Part shown: piece after piece, positions 1 to 8,605 of the stretch
Layout: the number at the start of each line of letters is the position of its first letter
Position numbering within the stretch: the first letter of the stretch is position 1
Origin: Puia sp.
Lineage (GTDB): Bacteria > Bacteroidota > Bacteroidia > Chitinophagales > Chitinophagaceae
Direction: 5' to 3'
DNA: 41,245 nt
Assembly: GCA_035546735.1 (NCBI GenBank)
Contig: DASZWE010000536.1
Location: 1 to 41,245, forward strand
Program-made: the position numbers and the translations under genes
The notes under the pieces: generated by a model
What the model was told of the DNA's origin: nothing
The model's input: only the letters and a program-made list of their open reading frames with translations
Database searches by the model: none

Positions 1-2
1 GC

Positions 3-170
3 AATCTGGATCAGCTGCTGCAATTCAGCAATCACCTGGGTATATTCAGCGAGGACGTCACTATCGATGGATCACAGTGGGGCAACTTTCCCCAGACATA
101 CAGCCATGTAGGACTCATCAATGCGGCCTGCAGGATATCCCGTAAGCTGGACAAGGCTGATTTTTTGTAA
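3..170 (+). CDS. Glycoside hydrolase family 15 protein (glucoamylase/trehalase-like), C-terminal fragment
   Basis: Manual translation NLDQLLQFSNHLGIFSEDVTIDGSQWGNFPQTYSHVGLINAACRISRKLDKADFL*. It contains the GH15 C-terminal motifs (L/F)SE(D/E) and GNFPQxxSHxGLINAA. The 5' end lies outside the window. Confidence 0.85.
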   Translation, partial: NLDQLLQFSNHLGIFSEDVTIDGSQWGNFPQTYSHVGLINAACRISRKLDKADFL

Positions 171-299
171 GCCTGCCGGACCAGGAACCAAGAACCGCAG
201 GAAGCGGTTCGACCGAAGGTCAGACATTAGCCCTTTGCTGGAAAAGGGGCAAATTCCAGAATGCACTTTTCCCACGCAAAAAATTCTCTATCTTGAGTC

Positions 300-1535
300 A
301 TGTCTTCCCAATTGATCATAAATGGTAAGCTGGCCGGCGTTCACACGCAACAGGGCCCCTTACGCGGCGCTGAACTGGCCGAATTGCCCTGTATAGAGGA
401 TGGATGGCTGCTCATAGAGGACAAACACATTGCAGCGCTGGGCGCCATGCAGGATCTTCCACCCGGCCTGACGACCCATCCGGCCATCGACGCGTCCGGC
501 TGCTGGCTTCTTCCTGCCTGGTGCGACAGCCATACACACCTGGTATATGCAGGCTCCCGTGAAACGGAGTTTGTGGATAAGATACGCGGTCTCAGCTATG
601 CAGAGATCAACGCCAGGGGCGGGGGTATACTTAACTCTGCCCGTGTTCTGCGCGAAACACCCGAAGAGGTGCTGTTCGATCAGGCCTGGAAAAGATTGCA
701 GGAGCTCAGCCGGCTGGGGACCGCATCCATAGAAATAAAGAGCGGTTATGGATTGACGGTAGAAGGGGAACTGAAGATGCTGCGCGTCATAAAAAAGCTG
801 AAACAGCGGTCCCGTCTCTCGATAAAAGCCAGTTTTTTGGGAGCGCATACCTATCCTCCCGAATACAGGGACGATCACCAGGGCTATATAGATCGCATCA
901 TACATGAAATGCTGCCTGTAATAGCCCGTGAGCAGCTGGCGGATTACATCGATGTGTTTTGCGAGAAAGGGTTCTTCGATCCGGCGGAGACAAAGGTCAT
1001 TTGCAGGGCAGGGATGGAGTATGGGCTGAGACCAAAGATCCATGCCAATCAGCTGAACCTTTCCGGAGGCGTACAGACAGGCGTGAAGCTGGGCGCTTTG
1101 TCCGTCGACCACCTGGAAATGATGGACGATGCATCCATTGCCGCCCTGAAGGATTCCGACACCATCGGGACCTTATTGCCCACGGCCGCCTTCTTTCTCC
1201 GGATGCCTTTCCAGCCTGCCCGCCGGCTTATAGACGCCGGCTGCGCCATCGCCCTGGCCTCCGACCTCAACCCGGGCTCTTCCCCCAGCGGCAATATGAA
1301 CCTGGTAGTAGCCATGAGCTGTATCCAGATGCAAATGCTGCCGGAAGAGGCGATCAACGCCGCGACGATCAACGGGGCGCATGCTATGGAGCTGGGCGCC
1401 GTGACCGGCAGCCTTGCGCCCGGGAAAAGGGCCGATCTTATACTTACCAGACCCATTCCGTCGCTGGCCTATTTGCCTTATGCTTTTGGCTCCAACCTCG
1501 TCGACCGGGTTTTCATCGGGGGAGAGCTTGTTTGA
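300..1535 (+). CDS. hutI: Imidazolonepropionase
   Basis: Amidohydrolase motifs DSHTH, EIKSGYGL, DVFCE, HANQL, SVDHLE and ASDLNPGSSP; neighbours are ftcD and hutG. Confidence 0.96.
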   Translation: MSSQLIINGKLAGVHTQQGPLRGAELAELPCIEDGWLLIEDKHIAALGAMQDLPPGLTTHPAIDASGCWLLPAWCDSHTHLVYAGSRETEFVDKIRGLSYAEINARGGGILNSARVLRETPEEVLFDQAWKRLQELSRLGTASIEIKSGYGLTVEGELKMLRVIKKLKQRSRLSIKASFLGAHTYPPEYRDDHQGYIDRIIHEMLPVIAREQLADYIDVFCEKGFFDPAETKVICRAGMEYGLRPKIHANQLNLSGGVQTGVKLGALSVDHLEMMDDASIAALKDSDTIGTLLPTAAFFLRMPFQPARRLIDAGCAIALASDLNPGSSPSGNMNLVVAMSCIQMQMLPEEAINAATINGAHAMELGAVTGSLAPGKRADLILTRPIPSLAYLPYAFGSNLVDRVFIGGELV

Positions 1536-1565
1536 CGATACAGCCGATGCCTTAAAACAAAGATC

Positions 1566-3563
1566 ATGTTTGGACGCAAGAAAAAGGAAAGAATAGATTT
1601 TATTCAGGCCGTATCGCAAAGGACTACCATACTTACTATCACGGATAGCGAGCAGGGACTCGACTTCCTCGTGTCCTTCTTTTCCTCGATCCGCCCTTCT
1701 TCCTCACCGGACAGACTGCCGGGAAAAAAGAATATCCAACGTGTCACCACCGCCCTGCACCAGAGCCCTGTGTTGCTGGGCAATCTGCAGCACGCCGTTC
1801 TTTCCCAGCTGATACGCACCGACCTTTCCTCCGCCCTGACGGAGAGCGGAATCCCCATAGCACGAGGCTTCTGGCAGGAGTTCTTTGGCAGACTGAGACA
1901 CAAGCTGCTGCCACCGCTGCGGAATGAAAATGATTTCCTCTATGTGCTCAACCGGGTGTTCTTTCACAATGACGATTATAAATGGGTGGAGGATATCTCA
2001 AGGGAGGACTGGATACTTTTCTTCGAGAGCGTCGGGCTCTCCCTGCATGTGGACGACAAAAGGATCCTTTCTCAGCTGCTATATTCACTGAAGACGCTGA
2101 GCTTTCAGGTGGCGCAGCTGGGATTGGAAAGAGAAGTGCTGGATTATATGCCTACGGAGTACAAAGAGAACAACCCCTTTGTACAGCAAAATTATCATAT
2201 ACATGACCTGGAGCTGAGTCCAAGGGTCACTGCCGAAAAGATAGGGCGGGCTCTTGTTCAGTGTCGGGAGATCCTCGAATACATACGGGACAATCATACA
2301 CAACGGGGCGCCAGCCTTCATCAGACCTATATATTGATCCTGCTGGCCAATCGGCTGGAGCGTATTTCCATTCTCACCGATCTGCTGGACAGAAATCACA
2401 CCTTTGATACGGGGAAGTTCGTGGATTTCTTTCGCATGCTGGTCCGTAACGAGAACAGGAAGAACAGTATCCTGGAATTCATGTCGCAGACCATGGGCTA
2501 CCTGGCTTACCAGATAGCGGAGCACAAGGGCGAAAAAGGCAGCAAATACATCACTTCCACCTGGGCGGAATACAGGGCCATGCTGTACAGCGCCATGGGC
2601 GGCGGCGCATGGATATCTCTGGTGGTGCTGGTCAAGAACCTACTGATAAAAATGCCGATGGCCATTTTCTGGCATGGCTTTGCTTACAGTATCAACTATA
2701 GCCTTGGGTTCGTGCTTATCGAGGAGACGCATACCACCCTTGCCACCAAACAGCCTGCCTTTACCGCCAGCGCAGTCGCCGGCAGCCTGGACACCCGGCG
2801 CAATACCCGGCAACCCAACCTGTACAATCTGGCCGTCACCGTGGCCAAAGTATCCCGCAGTCAGATCGCCTCTTTTATAGGCAATCTGGTCATCGTATTC
2901 CCGGGCGTCTTTTTCATAGCATGGCTTTATGACAAGCTATCCGGCGCTCCCCTGGCGTCCGGGGACATTGCCATGCATATGTTAAAAGACCAGCATCCCT
3001 GGCAAAGTCTTTCCCTTCTTTATGCCTGCAACACAGGCGTTTTCCTTTTTATCAGCGGCATCATTGCCGGCTATGTACAGAACAAGATCCAATATGGACG
3101 TATCGCCGAGCGATTGCAGAGACATCCTATCCTGCGGGTATCCATGAAGAGCGAAAGATTGAAAAAGCTGTCCGTCTATGTGGAAAAGCATGCCGGTGCG
3201 CTAATGGGTAACATTGCCCTGGGCTTTTTCCTGGGTATGGCCGGATTTGTAAGCGAGATATTTGGTATCCATTTCGACATACGCCATATTACTATTTCTG
3301 CGGGCAATACCGCATTGGCCGTATATGGCCTTGGCTTTAGCCATGTCGCCCCGGGCTACCTGATCACCGTGATCGTTGGAGTATTTGGCATCGGGTTCCT
3401 GAATTTTCTCGTCAGCTTCGCTCTGGCATTTATCGTTGCCGCAAAGAGCCGGGGTGTACGTCTGCGGGATTATCCCGAATTTTTGGGGATCCTGGGGCGC
3501 TATTTTATCAGCCACCCCCTGGACTTTATCCGTCCGAGAAGGAGGCTGGCGGACAATGACTGA
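1566..3563 (+). CDS. Gcr / 'site-specific recombinase' family polytopic membrane protein
   Basis: Family motifs ESGI..GF..E...RL..KLLP, YIT, TLATKQPA and DIRHIT; soluble N-terminal half and several TM helices in the C-terminal half. Confidence 0.8.
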   Translation: MFGRKKKERIDFIQAVSQRTTILTITDSEQGLDFLVSFFSSIRPSSSPDRLPGKKNIQRVTTALHQSPVLLGNLQHAVLSQLIRTDLSSALTESGIPIARGFWQEFFGRLRHKLLPPLRNENDFLYVLNRVFFHNDDYKWVEDISREDWILFFESVGLSLHVDDKRILSQLLYSLKTLSFQVAQLGLEREVLDYMPTEYKENNPFVQQNYHIHDLELSPRVTAEKIGRALVQCREILEYIRDNHTQRGASLHQTYILILLANRLERISILTDLLDRNHTFDTGKFVDFFRMLVRNENRKNSILEFMSQTMGYLAYQIAEHKGEKGSKYITSTWAEYRAMLYSAMGGGAWISLVVLVKNLLIKMPMAIFWHGFAYSINYSLGFVLIEETHTTLATKQPAFTASAVAGSLDTRRNTRQPNLYNLAVTVAKVSRSQIASFIGNLVIVFPGVFFIAWLYDKLSGAPLASGDIAMHMLKDQHPWQSLSLLYACNTGVFLFISGIIAGYVQNKIQYGRIAERLQRHPILRVSMKSERLKKLSVYVEKHAGALMGNIALGFFLGMAGFVSEIFGIHFDIRHITISAGNTALAVYGLGFSHVAPGYLITVIVGVFGIGFLNFLVSFALAFIVAAKSRGVRLRDYPEFLGILGRYFISHPLDFIRPRRRLADND

Positions 3564-3593
3564 CAAAATGCGGTAGTTTCCTTAAATTGCCCC

Positions 3594-5282
3594 ATGCAAC
3601 AAATCATCGAGTGTGTTCCCAATTTTAGCGAAGGGCAGGATCTGAACATCATCCGGCAGATCACCGGCGAGATCGAAGCGGTGGAAGGAGTACGTCTGTT
3701 GAATACGGACCCCGGGAAAGCCACCAACCGCACCGTCGTTACCTTTGTCGGCCATCCCGCAGCCGTTGTCGAAGCTGCCTTTAGGGCTATCAAAAAGGCG
3801 GGAGAGCTCATCGACATGAGCCGTCATAAAGGCGAACATCCCCGCATGGGCGCCACCGATGTATGTCCTCTGATACCCATCGCCGGTATCAGCATGGAAG
3901 AGACAGCGGTATGGGCGCAGAAGCTGGCCAAAAGGGTAGGGGACGAACTGCAGATCCCCGTCTATTTATATGAAGAGGCGCAACCCAACAAGCAACGTTG
4001 CAATCTCTCCGTCATCCGCGCCGGCGAGTACGAAGGATTCTTTAAAAAGATACAGCTACCCGAATGGGCGCCTGACTGCGGACCCGCGGTATTTGATGCC
4101 CGCCGGGGCGCCACCGTCATCGGGGCCAGGGACTTCCTGGTCGCCTATAATGTAAACCTCAATACCACCTCAACCCGTCGTGCCAATTCCGTTGCTTTCG
4201 ACGTCCGGGAAGCCGGGCGTGTCCTTAGGGAGGGTGATCCCATCAACGGAAAGCCCGTGACCGGTCCGGATGGCAAGCCCGTCAGCGTGCCTGGCCGTCT
4301 CAAAGCCGTAAAAGCCATCGGCTGGTATATAGAAGAATATGGCATTGCCCAGATATCCATGAACCTGACCAATATCCGGGTGACGCCGGTGCATATAGCT
4401 TTCGATGAAGTATGCAGGTCGGCCACGGAAAGAGGCCTCCGGGTCACCGGCAGCGAGCTGGTAGGGCTGATCCCTTTACAGGCCATGCTGGACGCGGGTA
4501 AGTACTTCCTGGGAAAGCAACAGCGTTCTGCCGGCGTGTCCGAAAAAGAGCTGATCCGGATTGCCATTCTTTCGATGGGACTTAACGAGTTGGGGCCATT
4601 CCGGCCGGAAGAACGCATCATCGAGTACCTGCTGGCTAACGCTTCCGAACATACGCTGGTGGATAAAAGTCTTACCGACTTTGCCGACGAGACAGCCAGT
4701 GAAAGCCCTGCTCCGGGGGGCGGCTCTATTTCGGCCTATGTTGGGGCGCTCGGAGCTTCTCTTGCTGCGATGGTCGCCAACCTTTCGTCTCATAAGAAGG
4801 GATGGGATCAGCGATGGGCGGAATTCAGCGCCTGGGCGGAAAAAGGGCAGCAATATAAAAAGGAGCTGATCGACCTCGTGGATGCGGATACCCGCGCCTT
4901 CAACGGGATCATGGCTGCCTTTAGCCTGCCCAAGGCCACGCCGGAGGAAAAAGCGACCCGTACGAGAGCTATTCAGGAGGCTACAAAGATTGCTATTGAA
5001 ATCCCGCTGCGTGTGATGGAAGTGGCTTATGCGAGCATGGAAACTATCCATGCCATGGCAACGACAGGCAATCCGAATTCTGTGTCCGATGCCGGCGTGG
5101 GAGCGCTTTGTGCCCGAAGCGCTGTGCTCGGCGCCTGGCTGAATGTCCGGATCAATGCCTCCGGCTATGAGGACAAAGCCTGGGTGGAAAAGGTGCTTGC
5201 CCGTGGGAAAGAGCTGGAAAGCAGGGCCATCGCCGCCGAGGCAGCCATATTGAAGATCGTCAGCGAAAAGATATCATCCTAA
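3594..5282 (+). CDS. ftcD: Bifunctional glutamate formimidoyltransferase / formimidoyltetrahydrofolate cyclodeaminase
   Basis: N-terminal ECVPNFSEG, HKGEHPRMGATDVCP and SELVGL; C-terminal cyclodeaminase motifs PAPGGGS and GNPNSVSDAGV. Confidence 0.96.
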   Translation: MQQIIECVPNFSEGQDLNIIRQITGEIEAVEGVRLLNTDPGKATNRTVVTFVGHPAAVVEAAFRAIKKAGELIDMSRHKGEHPRMGATDVCPLIPIAGISMEETAVWAQKLAKRVGDELQIPVYLYEEAQPNKQRCNLSVIRAGEYEGFFKKIQLPEWAPDCGPAVFDARRGATVIGARDFLVAYNVNLNTTSTRRANSVAFDVREAGRVLREGDPINGKPVTGPDGKPVSVPGRLKAVKAIGWYIEEYGIAQISMNLTNIRVTPVHIAFDEVCRSATERGLRVTGSELVGLIPLQAMLDAGKYFLGKQQRSAGVSEKELIRIAILSMGLNELGPFRPEERIIEYLLANASEHTLVDKSLTDFADETASESPAPGGGSISAYVGALGASLAAMVANLSSHKKGWDQRWAEFSAWAEKGQQYKKELIDLVDADTRAFNGIMAAFSLPKATPEEKATRTRAIQEATKIAIEIPLRVMEVAYASMETIHAMATTGNPNSVSDAGVGALCARSAVLGAWLNVRINASGYEDKAWVEKVLARGKELESRAIAAEAAILKIVSEKISS

Positions 5283-5293
5283 AAATCATATTT

Positions 5294-6340
5294 ATGCAAT
5301 ACCTCAACGTCTACAGCAAGCAGGACATCCTTTCCCGGACCCGTATCCGAAAGTTTGAAACCAAGCTGGGCGAGCGGGTGTTGGCAGTCTCCGACCCCGG
5401 GGCGGTAGCTGCGGCTCTGGAAAAGACGCCCGCTGAGTATGTTCTGGTTGGTGTGCCCGAAGACATCGGCGCCAGGGCCAATGGCAGCCAGGGAGGCGCT
5501 TCCACCGCGTGGCAGCCTTTTTTGGACTGCTTCCTCAATATCCAGAGCAATGACTTTCTCCAGGGAGACAATATCCTGGTGCTGGGACATTTTGATTTCA
5601 ACGAGATGCAACGGCTGATCGAGACCAATGCTCATGGACAGGATGAGAAGCAGGAAGCATACCGTCATGCAGTGCATACCATCGACGAGGCCGTGGAAGA
5701 CCTGGTAAGGATGATCACTACCTTTGGCAAGATACCCATCGTCATAGGCGGCGGACACAACAACTCCTATCCTCTGATCAAAGGCTCTTCCAAAGGCCTT
5801 CACAAGGCCGGACTCATATCCCTGGCGCAGATCAACTGTGTTAACCTCGACGCTCATACGGACTTCCGTCCTGCCGAAGGCCGGCACAGCGGGAATGGGT
5901 TCCGGTACGCGGAAGAGGACGGCTATCTGCAGAAATACTGTGTCGTCGGCGTACACGAGAACTACCTGCAGCAGAATGTATGGTTGGACATCGTCAATAA
6001 TCCCTTTGTCGATCTCATCACCTATGAGGATATCTTTCTCCTGGAGAAAAGGACCTTTATACAGGCCGTGGCGCACGCCACTTCCTTTACGGAGGACACC
6101 TATATCGGGCTGGAGCTGGACCTGGACTGCATCGAAGGCGCGCTCAGTGCAGGTATGACCCCCACAGGGATTACACCTATGCATGCCCGGCAGTATGTTA
6201 CGCTGGCGGCCAGTGATTCCAGGATCGCCTACCTGCATATCTGTGAAGGCGCCGCCATAATGGACGACGGACGGCAGGACCCCATGACCGGCAAGCTCAT
6301 CAGCTACATAGTCAGTGATTTCATAAAAGCCAGGGAATAA
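5294..6340 (+). CDS. hutG: Formimidoylglutamase (arginase/ureohydrolase family)
   Basis: GGGHN, DAHTDFR, HSGNGF and ELDLD metal motifs; hut context. Confidence 0.88.
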   Translation: MQYLNVYSKQDILSRTRIRKFETKLGERVLAVSDPGAVAAALEKTPAEYVLVGVPEDIGARANGSQGGASTAWQPFLDCFLNIQSNDFLQGDNILVLGHFDFNEMQRLIETNAHGQDEKQEAYRHAVHTIDEAVEDLVRMITTFGKIPIVIGGGHNNSYPLIKGSSKGLHKAGLISLAQINCVNLDAHTDFRPAEGRHSGNGFRYAEEDGYLQKYCVVGVHENYLQQNVWLDIVNNPFVDLITYEDIFLLEKRTFIQAVAHATSFTEDTYIGLELDLDCIEGALSAGMTPTGITPMHARQYVTLAASDSRIAYLHICEGAAIMDDGRQDPMTGKLISYIVSDFIKARE

Positions 6341-6347
6341 GGTCCCC

Positions 6348-8594
6348 CTAAAAAGGTATCCCGATATTCACATACCCCAATACTCTTTTGGACTGGTCGC
6401 TGTACATGGCACTTAGCTCCAGCGGTCCCAGCGCGAAATTATACGTAAATGTGAGCGAATAGCCGGAAAGGAAGTCCGGCGTATGGAAGAAGGTCTTGTT
6501 ATCTGTAATGAAATTGGAAAAGAGAACATTGGCCTTGCCGGTGATAAAGGTATTGCTGAACAGATGGTAACGCAGCCCCACCAGCAGCGCGGCCACACTG
6601 GAAGAATAAAAAGTGCCTTCACGAAGTCCGGAAAAAGTCACCTGGTTATGGAAATTGCTGGTAAGTCCCCCGATGGAGAACTCGTTCATGATGTTGTGGA
6701 TATAGTTGAAATTGATCCCTACCTGTGCATGGGTCAGCAATGTATACCGTTTGGCCAGCGGCGTATACCTGTCCAGGTTGAAAAGGACCCGTTCATAGGG
6801 TTTGTCTGAGAAACTGGTATCGCTCCGGGTAGTGTCGGAGGCAAAGTACCGGGCATGAGGATTCTGCTCGAAGACATAATCCACCTCCGCGTCGATCTTG
6901 GTCCCTTTTCGCGGATAAATGGGTCTGTCCAGGGTATTATGACGGATAAAGAAATAGCTCGTCATAAAGTTGTTACGTCCTTTGAACTCCAGGCTGGAGG
7001 TGATGGATGGGTCATAATGGATCCATTCAAACCGGCTGCCGGCGCCAAGCATCAGGCCCCGGCTGGTGAAATAGCTGAATTTGCCATCCAGCTTGAAATA
7101 ATTCTGGTCATAAAGGCCTTCTTCCTTGTAGGCGCCATTATAGCTGGTGATACGGAACTGGTCGAACTGCGTGCCCAGCGAAAAGGCCAGCTTTCCTCCG
7201 CGGCTGAAGTATTGCAGATGTTCCGCCCGCATACGAAAATTTTGTCCGATGTTGAGGGTTACGAGGCTCCGGGAAGTAGGGGTAAAGAAGTCATGGCTGG
7301 TGAGGTTGATGATGGCGCTGATGCCGCTGAACTGATTATAGTTGAGTCCCAGCTTGGCAAACGTGAAAGGGTTCTCCTCCACTTCAAAGATCACCCGGTT
7401 GCTGTCTCCGCCACGGGATTCCAGCGAATAGGTGATATGGTTATAGTAACGGGTGCCAAAAGCACGGCGTACCATCCTGGATAGGTTGGTGGTGGTATAA
7501 TACCGACCCACCTCGAGTCCCATTGCCTGTATAAAGAAGGGCTCCGTCGTCCTTTTCAATCCCTTTACTTCAAAAGAAGAGATCTTTATGGGTGTTTCCA
7601 ACGGTAGCCTGTTATTGACTGTCTCCTGCGGACCATAAAGGGCATTCAGGCTGTCGGCCAGGTGCTTGAAGACGGGATACAGTTCACGGCCTTTCTTCAG
7701 CCCTGCCTCCAGTATCTGGTCGGCTTCGCCAAAGCTACCCATGCCGAATTTCTCCAGGGGCTGGTGAATATAAATATTACATAGTGGTATCTGCTTACGG
7801 GTATCCTCCGCCTCGCGAAAGAAGGCCACCTGTAACAATACCTGTAGGGCGTTTGTCACCTGGTCGGAGGTACGCAGCGCGCCCGATACATTACTTCCGA
7901 TGACCAGGTCGGCCCCCATATTCCGCACATCCTGTACGGGAAAATTGCGTACGACGCCGCCGTCTACCAGTTTCCTGCCGTTGTATTCCACCGCCGTAAA
8001 AAGAGAGGGTATGGCCATGCTGCTGCGAATGGCCGAAACGATGTCCCCGCTGTCCAGCACCAGCGGCTCACCCGTGGACAGGTCCGTAGCGATGCACTCG
8101 AAGGGTATGGAGAATTTATGAAAGTCCTTGACATTGTAGACGGGGCGAAACAGCTCGGAAAACTTTAGCCAAAGCTCCTGCCCTTCGATAACGCCGGTGG
8201 CTATCCGGAACCAGTGGTTTACCCAGGGCAGCTCGACAATGTATTTGCCGTATTCGTCCTTTTCCTCCATGATCATGCTGCGCATGGTGGATTGATTGGA
8301 CAGCAGCAGGTCCCAGTCTATGCGCCGGGTGATCTTTTCGATGCTGTCCGCGGAATAGCCGATGGCATAAAGGGCGCCGATGATGCTGCCCATGCTGGTG
8401 CCCGTGATATAGTCGATCTTTAGCCCGGCAGAGTCGATGGCCTTCAGGATACCGATATGTGCAAGTCCTTTTGCGCCGCCCCCGCTAAGGGTCAGCCCTA
8501 TCCTGGGACGTTGTCCTGCCTGTTGGGCATATACGCAGCCGATCGACAGCTGCAGGGACAATAAGGCAACAAGGTATCTCGATGGGCTATTCAT
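6348..8594 (-). CDS. Patatin-like phospholipase with POTRA and Omp85-type barrel (PlpD/type Vd-like)
   Basis: Signal peptide, GGGAKG, GTSMG and DGG motifs, POTRA-like segment (VKGLKRT...FEVEE), beta-rich C-terminus ending in Phe. ATG 8594 chosen; GTG 8609 is an alternative start. Confidence 0.88.
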   Translation of the reverse strand: MNSPSRYLVALLSLQLSIGCVYAQQAGQRPRIGLTLSGGGAKGLAHIGILKAIDSAGLKIDYITGTSMGSIIGALYAIGYSADSIEKITRRIDWDLLLSNQSTMRSMIMEEKDEYGKYIVELPWVNHWFRIATGVIEGQELWLKFSELFRPVYNVKDFHKFSIPFECIATDLSTGEPLVLDSGDIVSAIRSSMAIPSLFTAVEYNGRKLVDGGVVRNFPVQDVRNMGADLVIGSNVSGALRTSDQVTNALQVLLQVAFFREAEDTRKQIPLCNIYIHQPLEKFGMGSFGEADQILEAGLKKGRELYPVFKHLADSLNALYGPQETVNNRLPLETPIKISSFEVKGLKRTTEPFFIQAMGLEVGRYYTTTNLSRMVRRAFGTRYYNHITYSLESRGGDSNRVIFEVEENPFTFAKLGLNYNQFSGISAIINLTSHDFFTPTSRSLVTLNIGQNFRMRAEHLQYFSRGGKLAFSLGTQFDQFRITSYNGAYKEEGLYDQNYFKLDGKFSYFTSRGLMLGAGSRFEWIHYDPSITSSLEFKGRNNFMTSYFFIRHNTLDRPIYPRKGTKIDAEVDYVFEQNPHARYFASDTTRSDTSFSDKPYERVLFNLDRYTPLAKRYTLLTHAQVGINFNYIHNIMNEFSIGGLTSNFHNQVTFSGLREGTFYSSSVAALLVGLRYHLFSNTFITGKANVLFSNFITDNKTFFHTPDFLSGYSLTFTYNFALGPLELSAMYSDQSKRVLGYVNIGIPF

Positions 8595-8605
8595 ATCAGC
8601 GCCGG

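Noticed and set aside
1566-3563. Mobile element or invertible region driven by the 'recombinase'
   Set aside because: No catalytic recombinase motif, att sites or flanking inverted repeats seen.
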